DNA from: Catajapyx aquilonaris
Lineage: Eukaryota
Direction: 5' to 3'
DNA length: 64,000 nt
Assembly (NCBI GenBank): GCA_000934665.2
Contig: KZ538153.1
Coordinates: 1-64,000, forward strand
Positions 25,806 through 43,334 of this stretch are shown piece by piece; position 1 is the first letter of the stretch; each line of letters opens with the position of its first letter. The translations under genes and the position numbers were made by a program. A model generated the notes under the pieces. It was given only the letters and a program-made list of their open reading frames with translations, did not search any database and was not told the DNA's origin.

Positions 25806-26844
25806 TGCCGAAGGGAACCAAAAAGCAGATTCGGATCATGGAAATCACAGTGTAATTTTGTCCTACCCCCCCCCCGTCGTTATATTTTTTTTGTTGTGTA
25901 GTCGTGTTACCCGGAGTCATATTGTCCCTTTTCGTACCATGATTTTGCCAGAATTTTGGCAGTTTGCATATCATTTAACTAAGAATCATGGAGTGAGTTG
26001 GGGTGAATCTTGCAACCAGAATCTCCTGCAAGTCATGTGTTGGAGACACGTCAGACAGGCATTTACTGTATCATCTCATGTGAAGCTGGTATTCTCAGAA
26101 GCATTACTGGATAGTATTACATTTGTTTCCAATAAAGTGAGATCTTGTCTTGAACCTTCTCCATTTGTGGTTATTAGCACATTATTTTTTTCCACATTCA
26201 AGCCTCAATAGCATTAAATTGATATTTTTTCTATCATAAAAGTACTAGATCTACCGACTAGGAAAATCAGTACACTTATCATGTGATTGGTACTTGCGTC
26301 ATATAAAACTTGAAACAATACATATTATCTCAGTTCTTGAATGATTAGGATGTTATCAATATCAAAAAGTTATATTTACCGTTTGAGATATTTAAAATTA
26401 CGCATTAACGCTTGTTATCCCTGTGCGTACAAGGGTAAGTCAACATGGGCATGACCTTTGTTATGTAATTACTGTAGAAAGTGTACACCAAGCTGCTTAT
26501 TAAGCATTTACTTTTGACTTAGTACAACATTGCGATATAATTATTGCAATTAATGTCCCAGTGCAAACTTTGGCCCATTTCAGTTAACATCACAATCTCC
26601 AAAAAACTGAATGTGACCCACTGTAATTACCCGACATCCATTGTCCTCGACCCATTTTGTCACTACCATTTCCAGAATTCCTTTGCGACAGACAATAACA
26701 GGTTGCAAAAATATATCGAACTGTTAGCGATCTCTTGATAAGATAAGCTGCAGCCTTAAGTTTTGGTCCAGAGTTTAGCAAAGCTGCATACATACCGTGG
26801 AAGGAGAAGGAAACCAACACATCCTGCCTTGATATAATATCATC

Positions 26845-28407
<1,563 letters not shown>

Positions 28408-28767
28408 ATAAATAATTTGCCTGATTATTGATTTGTACTGTGCAAGTTAATGTAATGTGCAATAAAATGTATGCAAGGACATGTTGCTTTCTAATTTTTT
28501 TTCACATGATGAAAGCTCCTTGACAACAGAGTTCTCATCACGACTATATGGAGACTTTCCTGATGATAATGTTGCACTTGAAATATTGTGCCATAACACT
28601 TGAATTGAAGGAGTGATTGCCACCATCAGATGTAATCAAGTCAAAACCAGTTTTATAATCTGGTACATATCTCCTTGTGATAAAAAATTATTATATGGAT
28701 ATTTTTATTATTTTAATCCTCACAATCAGTGCAGTGGTGCTGCTTGCATCAAGGGGGTAATCACTTC

Positions 28768-28892
28768 GGTACTCCGGTGTACACCTGCAAGTGGTACTCC
28801 CAGGTACTCCTTAGGTACTTTACTCTTTGGTACTCCTTGGTACTCTTTGAATTAGGTACTCCAGTGTACACTTTTCAGTCGAGTGGTTACCC
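28768..28892. repeat. Short degenerate tandem repeat of GGTACTCC-like units
   Basis: ggtactcc/ggtactct/ggtacttt recurs about 7 times within 125 bp. Confidence 0.7.
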
Positions 28893-31042
28893 CCTTGGCT
28901 TGCATAATCTCTCATTCCAATAAGTATAATAATGATGCATGACATGTTAAATTTTTTAAATATTACCAAGAGTTAATTAGCTCTTGTTATTACCACAGTT
29001 GGTGCCTGAAATTATGACTAACTCAGAAGTTGTGGCATGTGGTTGTGTTACGTACTAGTACAAGTAAAACCACTTGAGAGACGCAGAAATAATAAAGCCA
29101 GATATAGGAAAAAGCAGATGACCAAGGTCCAGATGATTATCTGTGAACAAGTCAATGTTCAAGTCTCAAAGGGTACTCATTGTGCATCCCAAAAACCATT
29201 ATTACAATAATTGTAGAATTCCATTGACATTTATATTTTTCTGATGTTGATTACAGTCACGTAATATTTGATATTTTTGTTCTTTACTGGCTTATAATCT
29301 TTCAGTTGAGTGGCCGATTTTACGGGTGTTTATTGACCAAATCATCAATCTTCCGGGTTCATGAGCACTTCTTTTTCACGATAAGAAAGTGAACAATATT
29401 TTCTCAACTGGATATGGTAATGTACGGGAGTAGTCCAAGTATAATATCCAAAATTTAAAGTGTGAAAATGAAGAGCAAATTAATTGTTACATCCAGGCAA
29501 GTGGTGATGGTGTGTAAAGAGAGTAACATACCGGTACTGTACCAAGTCTGAATTAATTTAACTGAGTACATTTTTGAATATTACGTTATACATTTTAAGA
29601 TTTGGTAAATAACTGAGACCAACTCCACGCATGAATTCACCCCGAAAAATAACAAATAATCTCAAATAATGACAATTTCCTGCACCAGCCTTTGCCCAAG
29701 TACTTTAACTTGTGATATTTCATGACCTACAGTAAATCAATTAGATTAGAAGATAAGTATCAAGTAACATGGCGTGACAATATTATTGTGTCATAATTAT
29801 AGGTCATGCTGATATCACATCAATAATGGTGCTGTTTTTTGTTCTTGTGTTCAGAATAAAAATGTACACAATGAAATGAAATGTACAATATGACTTAGTC
29901 TGCAATGAGCTAGAAATGTTGTTTATCTCATCGTCATATGTATCACATTGAAATAATACTGAAAAAATACTCATAAATGTACCACCTAATTCCTTACAGT
30001 GCAGTGCTGCAGGGAAAATGTCTTCAATTAATTACACTTAGGCAATCACAATAAATCCTGAACGCACTTCTATCACACCTTATCCGACACTGTTACAAAG
30101 CAAATATCCCGCCATTAAAGGTCAGAGTGTCAATGTCAATAATGTCATAATCTACAAAGGTCTACTGTACATTGTATATTGTCAACATTAGTTCAAATAA
30201 GATACTTACAAAATAATTGCATCACATATATCTTGAACTTTCAGCAGGTGAAATATATTTACGAATCGTAATTACCAAGGTTTTGCCAATATTTCATTAC
30301 TGTAATGATATATTTAGCACATGCAGAGTACTCATTTAAAGAAAAATATTTATGACAGCATACAATGTTAATTGGACTTGTTGCATTGCAGTATTGTACC
30401 AGTTTCTTTTAACTCTCTTGTACTGTTGTAAGTTGCAGCGAATGTAACTCTAAAAAATATCAGAGTATTCATTTACAAAATAATTATGCTAATATTTTCG
30501 TTAAAAGAGTATCAAGCTGCCTAATGTAGGCTACTCAAGGTGACTTATTTAGGTCGTACAATATATGATTAAAAATATCGCGCCATATTCCGTAATTCTT
30601 ATCAAATGACAAGAAAGTTATATAGAATGATAAGTCATGACTTGGCAAAAAAGGAACGGCGGTTTTTTCAGTACAAAAATAGTAGTTTTTTCCACACTTT
30701 TCAAAAATAAGCGTGACAAACCGAATTTTGCAAACAATAAATTAAAGTAATTTCTCTAAAAAAAATAGGCTGTCAACAATGGAAAAAGGAGAAGCTGATA
30801 TTCTAACAAATAAAATAGTCAACATCAAATTTTTATGGATGAATTGAAATAATGTTATAGGTTATCCTTGAAAGGGCCATAGACACGGAAAGCGCACCAT
30901 ATATCATATCACACCTTTGATAATTCCGGGTTTGAAAAAAAAGGAAAAAGTGTAATGCACTCCACGAATCAGTTTTATCGTCAAGTACCGGTGACAACAA
31001 GGTTTATGTAACCCCATGTCACAGATATCTCCAAGTGTGGAT

Positions 31043-31077
31043 TTTGATCCCTCCACTTGTGCCAGAACCATATAAAA
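31043..31077 (+). promoter_or_regulatory. Conserved promoter block TTTGATCCCTCCACTT plus TATAAAA of cathepsin 5
   Basis: The same 16-mer and TATA recur at 36241-36275 (gene 7), and a degenerate copy lies near 38221 (gene 8). Confidence 0.6.
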
Positions 31078-31160
31078 GTCAGGCCAGTTTTAGGGACCTC
31101 ATCAGTTGAAGGGGCAGTAGATTCACGTTACTGTCGTTCAACCCATCAAGTCCCAAAAAA

Positions 31161-32684
31161 ATGCGTCTTTTTGTTCTTGCCCTTCTCGTGGCCTCGGTGA
31201 CCTGCGTGTCAGTCCGCCAGGCCAAGGTTGGCAGCGCAGTGTACGACGACGAATGGGAAACGTACAAGGTATATATTCTCTCAACAATAGGGTAATGTCC
31301 ATGTTACTAACACTAATCAATGCACAGATCAAGTATGAGAAGAAGTATGAGACTCTGGAGGATGAGATCAAGCGTCGTTTGATCTGGGAGGACAACATGG
31401 CTTACATCAACAAGCACAACCTGGAAGCCGCCCGTGGAGAGCACTCCTTCACTCTTGGTCTTGGCCCCTTCACTGATCTGGTCAGTATGCACTAATTTCA
31501 ACAAGTGATCATTGTTAATAACTCTGTTGTACTATTACAGACCAACCAGGAATTCCGTGCCCAGACATCATGCATCATTGATGCTCCCCTGCCTAAGCTC
31601 CCAGTCACCAAGAAGGTCTACAAGGCAACGGTTCCAGACAGCGTATGTATTGCACGTTTATTCATATTTTAAAACACAGAATAATTAGCAATGTTGTAAT
31701 AATATATTATCAGATCGACTGGAGGAGCAAGGGTGTCGTGTCCAGTGTGAAGAACCAGGCACAATGCGGATCATGCTGGGCTTTCTCCACCGTCGGATGC
31801 GTCGAGAGCAGGCAGTCCATCGAGACTGGACATTCTCCACTGGATCTCAGGTTAGGATCTCATAAGATCACAGAAAGATATCAGTCTAACTGTTCGCATT
31901 CTAGCCCACAGCAGCTTGTCGACTGTGACAGCAATGACAGCGGATGCAACGGAGGAAACCCATACACTGCCTTCCAGTACATGCAGGCTAATGGAGTCGA
32001 GCAGTGGAACGACTACTCATATACTGCAGCGGTAATAACAAAAACTGTGGCCTTCAAACACAATGAGTAAGGTAGCAGACCTGAAGCTGAAATTAGCCTC
32101 CAAGACAGGCGATCCCCTCTGCATCACCACGAGTCGTGATGAGGCTAATTTCAGCTTCAGGTCTGCTACGTTACTCATTTCCGTACTGGCGTGATGGAAG
32201 TGTCGTATAGGCTGTATGACCCCAATTTTTTTTTCTACACTTGCTTCTTTCTCTTTACAGCAAGGAAGCTGCAGGTATGACGCCTCAAAGGTTGCCGCAC
32301 ATGTTTCCCAAGTCGGTTTCGTCCAGGGTGATGAGGTCGGCATGAAGAACGAGATTGGAGCCAATGGACCAATCGCCATCACTCTGAACGCCGCATCTGC
32401 CAACTTCCAGCATTACTCGTAAGAACTTTGAAGCATGATGACTATGGAATGTTGGCTAATTTTCGTGTAATTGCAGTGGCGGAGTGTTCGACGATCCCAG
32501 CTGCCCAACTGATATCGACCATGGTGTGATTGCCGTGGGTTATGGCAACAGTGGTGGAAAGGACATGTGGATCGTCAAGAACTCCTGGGGAGCCGGCTGG
32601 GGATTGCAAGGATACTTCATGTTGGAACGTGGTGTCAACAGGTGCGGTTGCAACACTCTGTCCACCTGGAGCCACGCTAACTAA
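31161..32684 (+). CDS. Cathepsin L-like cysteine protease 5 (7 exons, intact triad)
   Basis: [36 protein letters not shown]. Confidence 0.93.
32062..32179. mobile_element. 118-bp MITE-like hairpin with 39-bp inverted arms in intron 5 of cathepsin 5
   Basis: aatgagtaaggtagcagacctgaagctgaaattagcctc (32062-32100) versus gaggctaatttcagcttcaggtctgctacgttactcatt (32141-32179), one mismatch. Confidence 0.75.
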
Positions 32685-33452
32685 GAAGTCAACATCCGAG
32701 ATATGATGAGAAGATATGGACCAGCCCTTTCAACACCTGGAATTGGTTCCATAATGTCACATTTCATGTAAAAATTGGTGCAATAAACAAAATCAACAAA
32801 TCAATACTCTACAGTTTGGTATTATTCCTCTCTGAATTTTCAGATAAGAACAGATCAGGCTATACGGTCATGCGAGCAGAGACAATCACCAGTAATTAAA
32901 AATTGAAGTCACCAGCAATAAAACGTATTATATTTTCCAATTTTATACACCAGCAATAGAAACACTATTCAATCCTACAGTTGCATTGACGTAGAGGTAT
33001 TTAATTTTTACTTCCACTGTTAATATCGTCTACGTTGACCACACACTGATCTCTCTAAACTTGGAAAATTTTTGAAATATGCACCGGAAATATTGTATTT
33101 CGCTTTTCTATATACACTGACGAAGAGGGTTTTAAGCTATAACTACAAAATAGATGCAAAATCATTATCTCCTGGAAATTTCCACCCAGATATCCGGTGG
33201 AAAGTCCTGCGTTATTAGACATTACTGCCATATAAGGTATAATGTAACTATCAGAGATGTCACGTACCCTTCAAATCAGTTGTTATCAAGAAAGAAGCTA
33301 CAGGAAGATAATTATATCAGGCGACTATAATCGGTGAGACGGATGGCGTCTATGATATTGATAAGCGCATATTAAAAGTCAGCCCATGTTTATAGACTGC
33401 AGCATACTTTCACTTGCTTTACACCTGTTTCACACATTATAATCAGATCAAC

Positions 33453-35015
<1,563 letters not shown>

Positions 35016-36346
35016 AAGAAGTGATGCTGTCTCTGGAAGGGGTTCAACAAAATGTGGCTGGACTATGTACAATAATTAATAAATATTTAAAATGCAATTA
35101 CCACTACCTAATCATTGATCGATTACTAGTATTTTGTGTGACGGCCAAAAACAATGATAATAGTCTTTAAAAATTGTCCAATCATGACCCTATAAAGGAC
35201 GTCTGTTATGAGCTTTAAAATAAACCGGATGCCTTGTAAATATTTTGCAGACGTACGTTACTCAATTGCATGACAGCTTATGAAAAACCATGCTTCAAGA
35301 TATGCTATAAACATGTTGAAACCAGACATTCAGATCCAGTATGCCACGTTTCATCATTAACGTACAGTATTGTACAGTACTTACTGTCCAGACCCTATCA
35401 CACACTTGTAGTTGTTTATAGGCGGCGGTGTATACGATTTGATAAAACGGCACTTGTCTCTCATGATGTGTGGTAAGACTCTTTCTGCACTCGATTATTG
35501 CTTGAACCTTACTTCGAATAATGGCATTAGCTAAAAAGTTAAATACTTTACTAAAAAGGAGAGGCAATCATTAATGTCCAGTTGTATAGGAAATCAAGGA
35601 AAAATCTACGATTATGCAAATGAATTAGCAATGCAGAATCATGGATTTGTCGCGGATAATCTCATGTTGGTACACCTGGGGTCAAACTGGAGTATTCTGG
35701 CTTTAAAAATGTATTAACCAGAGTAATTACGCCTGTTGGCAACATTTTAGTAAATCACTGTACATTCATATTAATTTAAATTAGGGTTATACACAAGAAA
35801 GAGAGGGAAGATATCAAATTTTGCACAGGTATTCACAACAAAAAAATCCAACATAATGACATATATTTTCTACGTAATTTGCATTCATGTGTAGTACCTC
35901 ATAAGCTTCACAACATTAACCTTGAAATATAAATCCGGCTGGTTTCACTCCTAAATACAATACTAACAGTATACAAAATTGTATTATAGTTACCAAGTTT
36001 GCAATAACCCATTGTTGCTTGAGGAGTGGAGCATGTTCTCCAGATTTCTGAGTCGTAAGTGAAGTAGTGTATAACTGAATAAATATTTAACAACTCTCAG
36101 TACGGGTGTACCAGCAGCCCTTGTTACACAAAAAGGGGTCGATGTGTTTTTCATTGCTATACAATCAATCGCGATTTCATCGCCTGACATTGGCCCAAGG
36201 GTTTTTCTAATCTCAACAAAAGATTAGTCGGCATATGAAGTTTGATCCCTCCACTTACAACAGACCAATATAAAAGTGAGGCCCACAGTTTGCGAATTAT
36301 TGGTCCCTGCTTGCTCTCCTAAGAAGTACATACTGTATACACAAAG

Positions 36347-37786
36347 ATGCGTCTTTTGATTCTGGCTCTTCTTGTGGCGTCGGTGACTTGCGTCTCCGTT
36401 CGCCAGGCCAAGGTTGGAAACTCAGTCTACGACGACGAATGGGAAACGTACAAGGTATGGTCTCATCAACTCTAATAAGGTAATGCCCACATGTTTGTAT
36501 AACCATTGCGAATCATGCTCAGATCAAGTATGAGAAGAAGTATGAGACTCTGGCGGAAGAGATGAAGCGTCGTCTGATCTGGGAGGACAACATGGCACTG
36601 ATCAACAAGCACAACCTGGAAGCAGCCCGTGGAGAACACTCCTTCACCATGGGTCAAGGGCCATTCAGTGACCTGGTCAGTACTTCAAACCATATATCGC
36701 TTTAACATGTCTAACTACCACACTTTCACTTTGCAGACCAACGAGGAATTCCGTGCCCAGACCACATGTATCGATGGAGCAAATATGCCAAAGCTCGCCA
36801 CTACCCCACAGACTTACAATGTCCGGGCTCCAGACAGCGTAAGTCAATATATTTAACCTCAATTCGGATTGATGGTTCATAAGCATAAATCTATACATTG
36901 CAGATTGACTGGAGGCAGAAGGGTGTTGTGAGCAGCGTTAAGGACCAGAAACAATGCGGATCTTGCTGGGCCTTCGCAACAGCCGCAACCATCGAGAGCC
37001 GTCAAGCCATCGACCAAAACCAAGGACCTTATGACCTCAGGTTGGTCACTAATAACTTGCTTGGTTTTAATCAATTCGCTAATAATTTACGGGACACATT
37101 TCAGCCCTCAGCAGATTGTTGATTGCGACACAAACAACTACGGCTGCGGAGGAGGATGGCCATACATATCCATGACCAAGTACGTCTCTGGAAGTGGCGT
37201 ACAGACCTGGAACAGTTACCCATACGCCGGTGTGGTGAGTGTCTTGCTAACCCAGCAAACTAGGCAGTACTTGACATTTCAAGTAATTTCCAGCAACAAA
37301 CCTGCACCTACTCGGCCTCCCAAGTTGTGGCCCACATTTCCAACGTCGGAATCATCCAAGGAGACGAAAACCAGATGAAGGAAGAGATCGGAAACAACGG
37401 ACCCATCGCCATTCTCCTGAACGCTGGATCTCCATCCTTCCAGCAATACACGTAAGAGCACCAATTAACACATAAGTAACAAGCAGTAATTTTGAGCAGT
37501 TATGAACAGCTTTCAGGAAGATCGCCGTTTCTTGCATGATGACATGATGCTAATTACGCAATCCTAATTATGCAGGTCCGGAGTGTATGACGATGCTAGT
37601 TGCTCTACTTCACCCAACCATGCTGTTACTGCTGTGGGTTACGGAAACGAAGATGGAAAGGACTACTGGCTGGTCAAGAACTCCTGGGGAGATACCTGGG
37701 GAGCACAGGGTTACTTCAAGATTGCTCGTGGTGTCAACAGGTGTGGTGTCAACAGCCAGTGCGCCTACTGCAACGGTAGCAATTAA
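36347..37786 (+). CDS. Cathepsin L-like cysteine protease 7 (7 exons, intact triad)
   Basis: [43 protein letters not shown] at 36269. Confidence 0.93.
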
Positions 37787-38327
37787 AATGTACGAAAGGC
37801 CAATGCTCTGCTATATTTGACACATGTTACATGATATTTTTGTAATATACGTTATTACCAACTCGTCATTGAATGCAATAAAGTTCATATTCTGCACCAA
37901 ATTTCAAGTGTTTGAAGTTCATTAACCAGTACATGAAGCCCCTTACTAGTTTTTTTCTCATTTTACAGCCAGTTTTTTCAAGTGGTCATGGCTGTTTTTT
38001 AAAATCTTAGACATCTTAAATTATCTGTTGCGCTCATGCAACTGACTTTAGAGTGCAAATGATACTTTAAACCACTATCAGCACCTGTTTCATATTATAC
38101 CATCAGGCCATGTTACACAAAAGGGGTTTCATTGATATCCAATCAATAGTGATTTCGTCTGAGATTGGCCAGAAGGGTTTTCCTATAATCTCAACAAAAG
38201 ATTAGTCGCCTTATGAAGTCTGATCTCTCCACTTTCGACAGACCGAAGTAGTTGGTGGGATTATTAGTAGCCTACTAGTGTCTGCTTACTCTCCGAAGAA
38301 GTAGCCTTTGAAGTTACATATACAAAG

Positions 38328-39810
38328 ATGCGTGTTTTGATTCTGGGTCTTCTTGTGGCCTCGGTGACTTGCGTCTCCGTTCGCCAGGCCGAAGTTGGAA
38401 ACTCAGTCTACGACGACGAATGGGAGACGTACAAGGTATGATCTCTCAACACTATAGGTTAAATATCCCTGTGCTACTAACATTATTATTAAGATTAAGC
38501 ATGAGAAGAAGTACGAGACTCTGGATGAAGAGATGAAGCGTCGTCTGATCTGGGAGGACAACATGGCACTGATCAACAAGCACAACCTGGAAGCAGCCCG
38601 TGGACAGTACTCCTTCACCATGGGTCAAGGGCCATTCACTGACCTGGTCAGTACTTGAAACAAGCATATCTTAACATATGTCTCATGACCGCACATTACT
38701 TTCAGACCAACGAGGAATTCCGTGCCAAGACCACATGTGTCGATGGAGCAAATGTGCCGAAGGTCGTCGTCAGTACCGTACAGACTTACAAAGTCCGGGC
38801 TCCAGACAGCGTAAGTCAATTTATAACCTCAATTCGGATTGATGGTGCACAGCATAAAGCTACATGTATCATTGCAGATTGACTGGAGGGACAGTGGTGT
38901 TGTGAGCAGCGTTAAGAACCAGGAACAATGCGGGTCATGCTGGGCCTTCGCAACAGCCGCAACCATCGAGAGCCGTCAAGCCATCGAACAAAAACAAGGA
39001 CCTTATGACCTCAGGTTGGTCACTAATAACTTGCTTGGTTTTAATCAATAAGCTAATATTTACCGGACACATTTCAGCCCTCAGCAGATTGTTGATTGCG
39101 ACACCATCAACAAAGGTTGTGGAGGAGGATGACCATACTTGGCCATGAAATACTACGTGTCTCCAAATGGCTTACAGACCTGGAACAGTTACCCATACGC
39201 CTATGTGGTTAGTGATTTTGCTAACCGTCAAACACCCAACAGCCTATATAATATAGAGCCAGACACTACCGGATATAAATTCCGATTGTAATAAATTTCC
39301 AGCAACAAACCTGCGCCTACTCGGCCTCCCAAGTTGTGGCCAACATTTCCAACATCGGAATCATCCAAGGAGACGAAGACCATATGAAGGAAGAGGTCGG
39401 AAACAATGGACCCATCGCCGTTGTGTTGAACGCCGAACCTTCCACCTTCCAACATTACAAGTAAGAACCCAATACATTAATTAAGTAATTATAATAATTA
39501 TTAAAGCAGTTACTCTTATCAGCTATTGGTTGCTGTAGCGTAGCTTTTTTTCTGAATAATTTCGCTGTTATTGAGATGATTCTAATTACAATAATGCAGG
39601 TCTGGAGTGTATGACGATGCTAGTTGCTCGACTCCACCCAACCATGCTGTAACTGCTGTGGGTTATGGCAACGAAGGTGGAAAGGACTACTGGCTCCTCA
39701 AGAACTCCTGGGGAGCAACCTGGGGAGCACAGGGTTACATCATGGTTGCTCGTGGTGTCAACAGGTGTGGCGTCAACACCCAGTCAGCCTATTGCAACGC
39801 TATCAATTAA
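38328..39810 (+). pseudogene. Cathepsin L-like 8, recent duplicate of gene 7 with an in-frame TGA at 39130-39132
   Basis: GGA GGA GGA TGA CCA, where gene 7 has GGA GGA GGA TGG CCA. The TATA box present upstream of gene 7 is absent here. Confidence 0.85.
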
Positions 39811-40795
39811 AATGTTTATATGAAAAAGCCAATGTCATTTGAACCAATAAAGAAATGGACGTTACATGCTATTTCTGTAATGATAAACTCGTCATTAAAG
39901 TTCATACTGCTGTGCACCACTTCGAGTGTTGAAGTTCATTATCATGACGCCCCTTATTATTTTATTATGATTGTAATTACACCGTAGCCACCTGTTATTG
40001 GGTTTTCACCACCTGAAAAACTAACTAATTAGGTAACTGAGAAAAAACTCTCCCCCCCCCCCCCCAAAAAAAAGAGGCTCATTTTCAGCTATTTCCCCAA
40101 TTTCGCTATTTTACATTTTTACCCCGCCACACGGGTGTTGGTGTCAACACATGGGCATGAACTTAATTAAAGGTTCTGTAATTAACCTGGGTTGTGGCGA
40201 GTGCTGTACTCAACATGGAGTATTACTGTACGGTAGTATTACTATAGTTGGACCAGGTTGGACACACTATTTTATTTTTGACATGCCGCGCATTGCGATA
40301 ACTGTAACGTTTATGTAATGTACTACCTCTGTGCAATAAAACTAGTATACACCACGTTAACGAATAAATAATTTTCATCTTTTTCAAATACGGTAATTAA
40401 TTTCGCACCAAATAAAAACCGGGCATGAAAATTACTGTGGCAACACTGCTCACCATATGGCAACACCGCACGGGCAGTAGGTGATGTTCGACAATGTTTG
40501 TCATTAACAATTCAGCGAACAGTACATCATATCAATATGTAACTTACTAAACTCTATCACAATTATGTGCTATTATAAATAAATACAAGAAACTGGAGCT
40601 AACTATGGAAGGGTTTCATTTCGAACAGCCCACAGGGAGTAGGCCCCGTTCTCCCCTCATCCCTTCCCTCCTTCCTCCCTACTCTTTTGATGGGCACATG
40701 GCATCTTCCTCATTTAAATGATTCTAGGATAGATCCTTCCCCGAACGATCTATCATAGGCTCTCTCTCTGGACAAACAAACAAACAGACAAGACC

Positions 40796-43334
40796 ATGGA
40801 CCCCGAGATGATCTTCGCCCAGAAGCTGGCCGGAAACGACCAGCGGCTGAGGGACCGGGCCTTGAAGAAGCTCAGGAGATGGCTCCTCTCTAGGGCCAAC
40901 CACGGAAACGGTGATATAATTAATTGCCCCCTAATTAATAATTAAATTCAAATTAATTAAAACACAAAAACGAAAACAATCGTGTGTACATTGCATGGAC
41001 TCACCCACTTGTTTTGTTCGTCCATTTCATACCCATTGTGTACCACATTTAATCCATTTTTAATCCATTTTTGTGCCCATTTATTGCATGTTTTGTACCC
41101 ATTTCATGCCCGTTTGCAGGCTTCACGGAGACGGACCTGCTGCGCGTGTGGAAGGGTCTGTTTTACTGCATGTGGATGTCGGATAAGCCGCTGATTCAGG
41201 AGGAGTTGGCGGAAACCATCTCGGGATTGGTGCACAGTTTTAAAGGGCACGACTCGCAGGGGCTGTGTTTCATCAAGTGCTTCTTCCTCACGATGGGCCG
41301 GGAGTGGACCGGGATCGACCGGTTCAGACTGGAAAAGTTCATGATGGTAAGGCGCGACCGTTGTGTCGTTGAACGGATTGTAACGTGCAGTTCATTTTCA
41401 GCTGGTACGGCGGTTTGTACGTCAAAGCTTTATGTACGCTTCCAACGAATCCTGGCGGCCCGAACTGTGCTCGGAGCTTTCATCGCTGTTCTCCACGACC
41501 ATAATTAATCCAACATGGGAGACCAGGCAGGGCACGTCGCTTCTTGGTCTGCAGTTTCACTTCGCCGACGTCTTCATGGAGGAGCTGGCCAAAGTCGGAG
41601 GTGGCGACCTGACCCACCAGCAGATTTGGGTCTTCGTAGAACCATTTGCGACCCAAATTGCACTAGGGCAGGATCCGCGACTGACAGATCATGTCGAAGA
41701 GAGAATATTCAAGCATCTGATGCGCCAGAGCGATTCTGGCATCGACTACGAGGGACAGTTCGAAGATGGCCATAAAGGGAAGGTAACGGACATGGAGAAG
41801 GTCACGGAGGAGGACGAGGATGAGCTGATTGTTGGGAACGAGCCGTTGGATCCACGAGCAGGGAATGTTGATGTTACGCTGGACCAGTTGGAGGTGAGCC
41901 TCTTCTCAAATAAATTGAACGCATCACAGCAATGACATTGTAATGATTACAGGTTGATTATGCTGATCTGGCCAGCCGACTGTTGGACCGTGTGGACAAC
42001 GTCGCTCCCAGAAACCGAAAGCAGTTGTTCCGTCTGATCCAACAGTAAGTTAACTGCCGCATTGTATTTTCCTGCTAACTAACAATTTGTCTGTTATCAG
42101 ATATCGTGACCTGTCCGGCGGAATATATCCGCTGGCTGTACGAGTCCCAGCCGTTCCGTCAAAAGGAAGTACGAGACAAATGTACGACAAGGCCATAGAG
42201 CGCGGAGTGAATTTCGAGGTGGAGTGGAAGAAGACGTTGGCCCAGGAAAAGGAAGGGATAATGCCAAGCGAGGAGGAAATACTAGAGCGTGAGAGGCAGG
42301 AAAAGGAAGCGTTTAAGGCTGGAAAGAAGCTGGGGAAGAAGCAGCGGAGGAAGAGGAGAATGAAAGCGCGGAAGAAGAGCAGCTTCCAGGTAAAGGATGT
42401 GGAAGAACCAGTCCAGCCGAAGAAGCCGAAGTTGGATGCTGGACCGAAGAAGAGGAAGTTGGGGAAAGAGGCTGAACCGAAGAAGAAGAAATTGGTGCAA
42501 GACGCTGGACTGAAGAAGAAAAGGAAGCACGTTCAGAATGGGTTCGTTGTTGACGATATTGAAGCTCATTCTGCGGCGAAGAAGACTGATAACGGATTTG
42601 TTGTTGACGATGTTGAAGCTCATCCTGCGGCGACGATGACTGCGAATGGATTTGTTGTTGAAGACTCGTGTGCAGGACCCACGACTGAGACTGTTACCAC
42701 AATGCAAAATGGGTTTATCGTCGAGGATATGACGAATGGCACCCCAAAGCAACACCCTCAGATGAATCTTCTTAACAATTCGGCGAAGAAAAGCAAGCCA
42801 AGCTCACCGAAACAAGACGAATTTGCACGCTTCAGCAAAGCAGAGTCGCCATCCGCACAGTTTTTCCGGAAAGCCAAGAGTCATTCGGAAGCTAACGGAA
42901 CTGAAACCGAGATTGTGATCAAACCTCGGAAGAAGAAGTGGGCGGAAAGCACTCCGCAAGTTTCAAAAGCTGTGAAGGTAAGAGCCGTATCATTTTTGAG
43001 TGGTCCAAACACTTGTTATGATCCGTGTGACATTCCAGTCTGAGCTGGAGAAGAAACTACGACATTCTGCGCCGGCCAGAATGAAGAAGGTCAACTTTGT
43101 GCTCCACAAAAACACGTCTCATGGTGAGTAATCGCAATCTACGTGAACATCGCCACGATTTAATCAATCTGTCTCTTTTCCGCAGAACATCGTGATTACC
43201 CGAGCTCCATTCGCAACAGTCCATCCATTCCATACGATGCGTCGAAAAGGCCACCGCAAAGTGTGCTCAAGTCCGCTCCGACGTTTTATGCGACGTTGAA
43301 CAACCGGCCGAAAGCAGCGGACTTTTTTTTTTAG
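40796..43334 (+). CDS. RRP1: Ribosomal RNA processing protein 1 homologue (RRP1/Nop52 family, RRP1B-like C-terminus), multi-exon
   Basis: FAQKLAGND..RDRALKKLRRWL, LLRVWKGLFYCMWMSDKPLIQEELA, REWTGIDRFRLEKFMM, lysine-rich region, KKVNF (RVxF-type) and terminal RPKAADFFF*. Confidence 0.93.

Noticed and set aside
39130..39132. TGA as selenocysteine
   Set aside because: It aligns to Trp (TGG) in the paralog, not Cys, and no SECIS was recognised.
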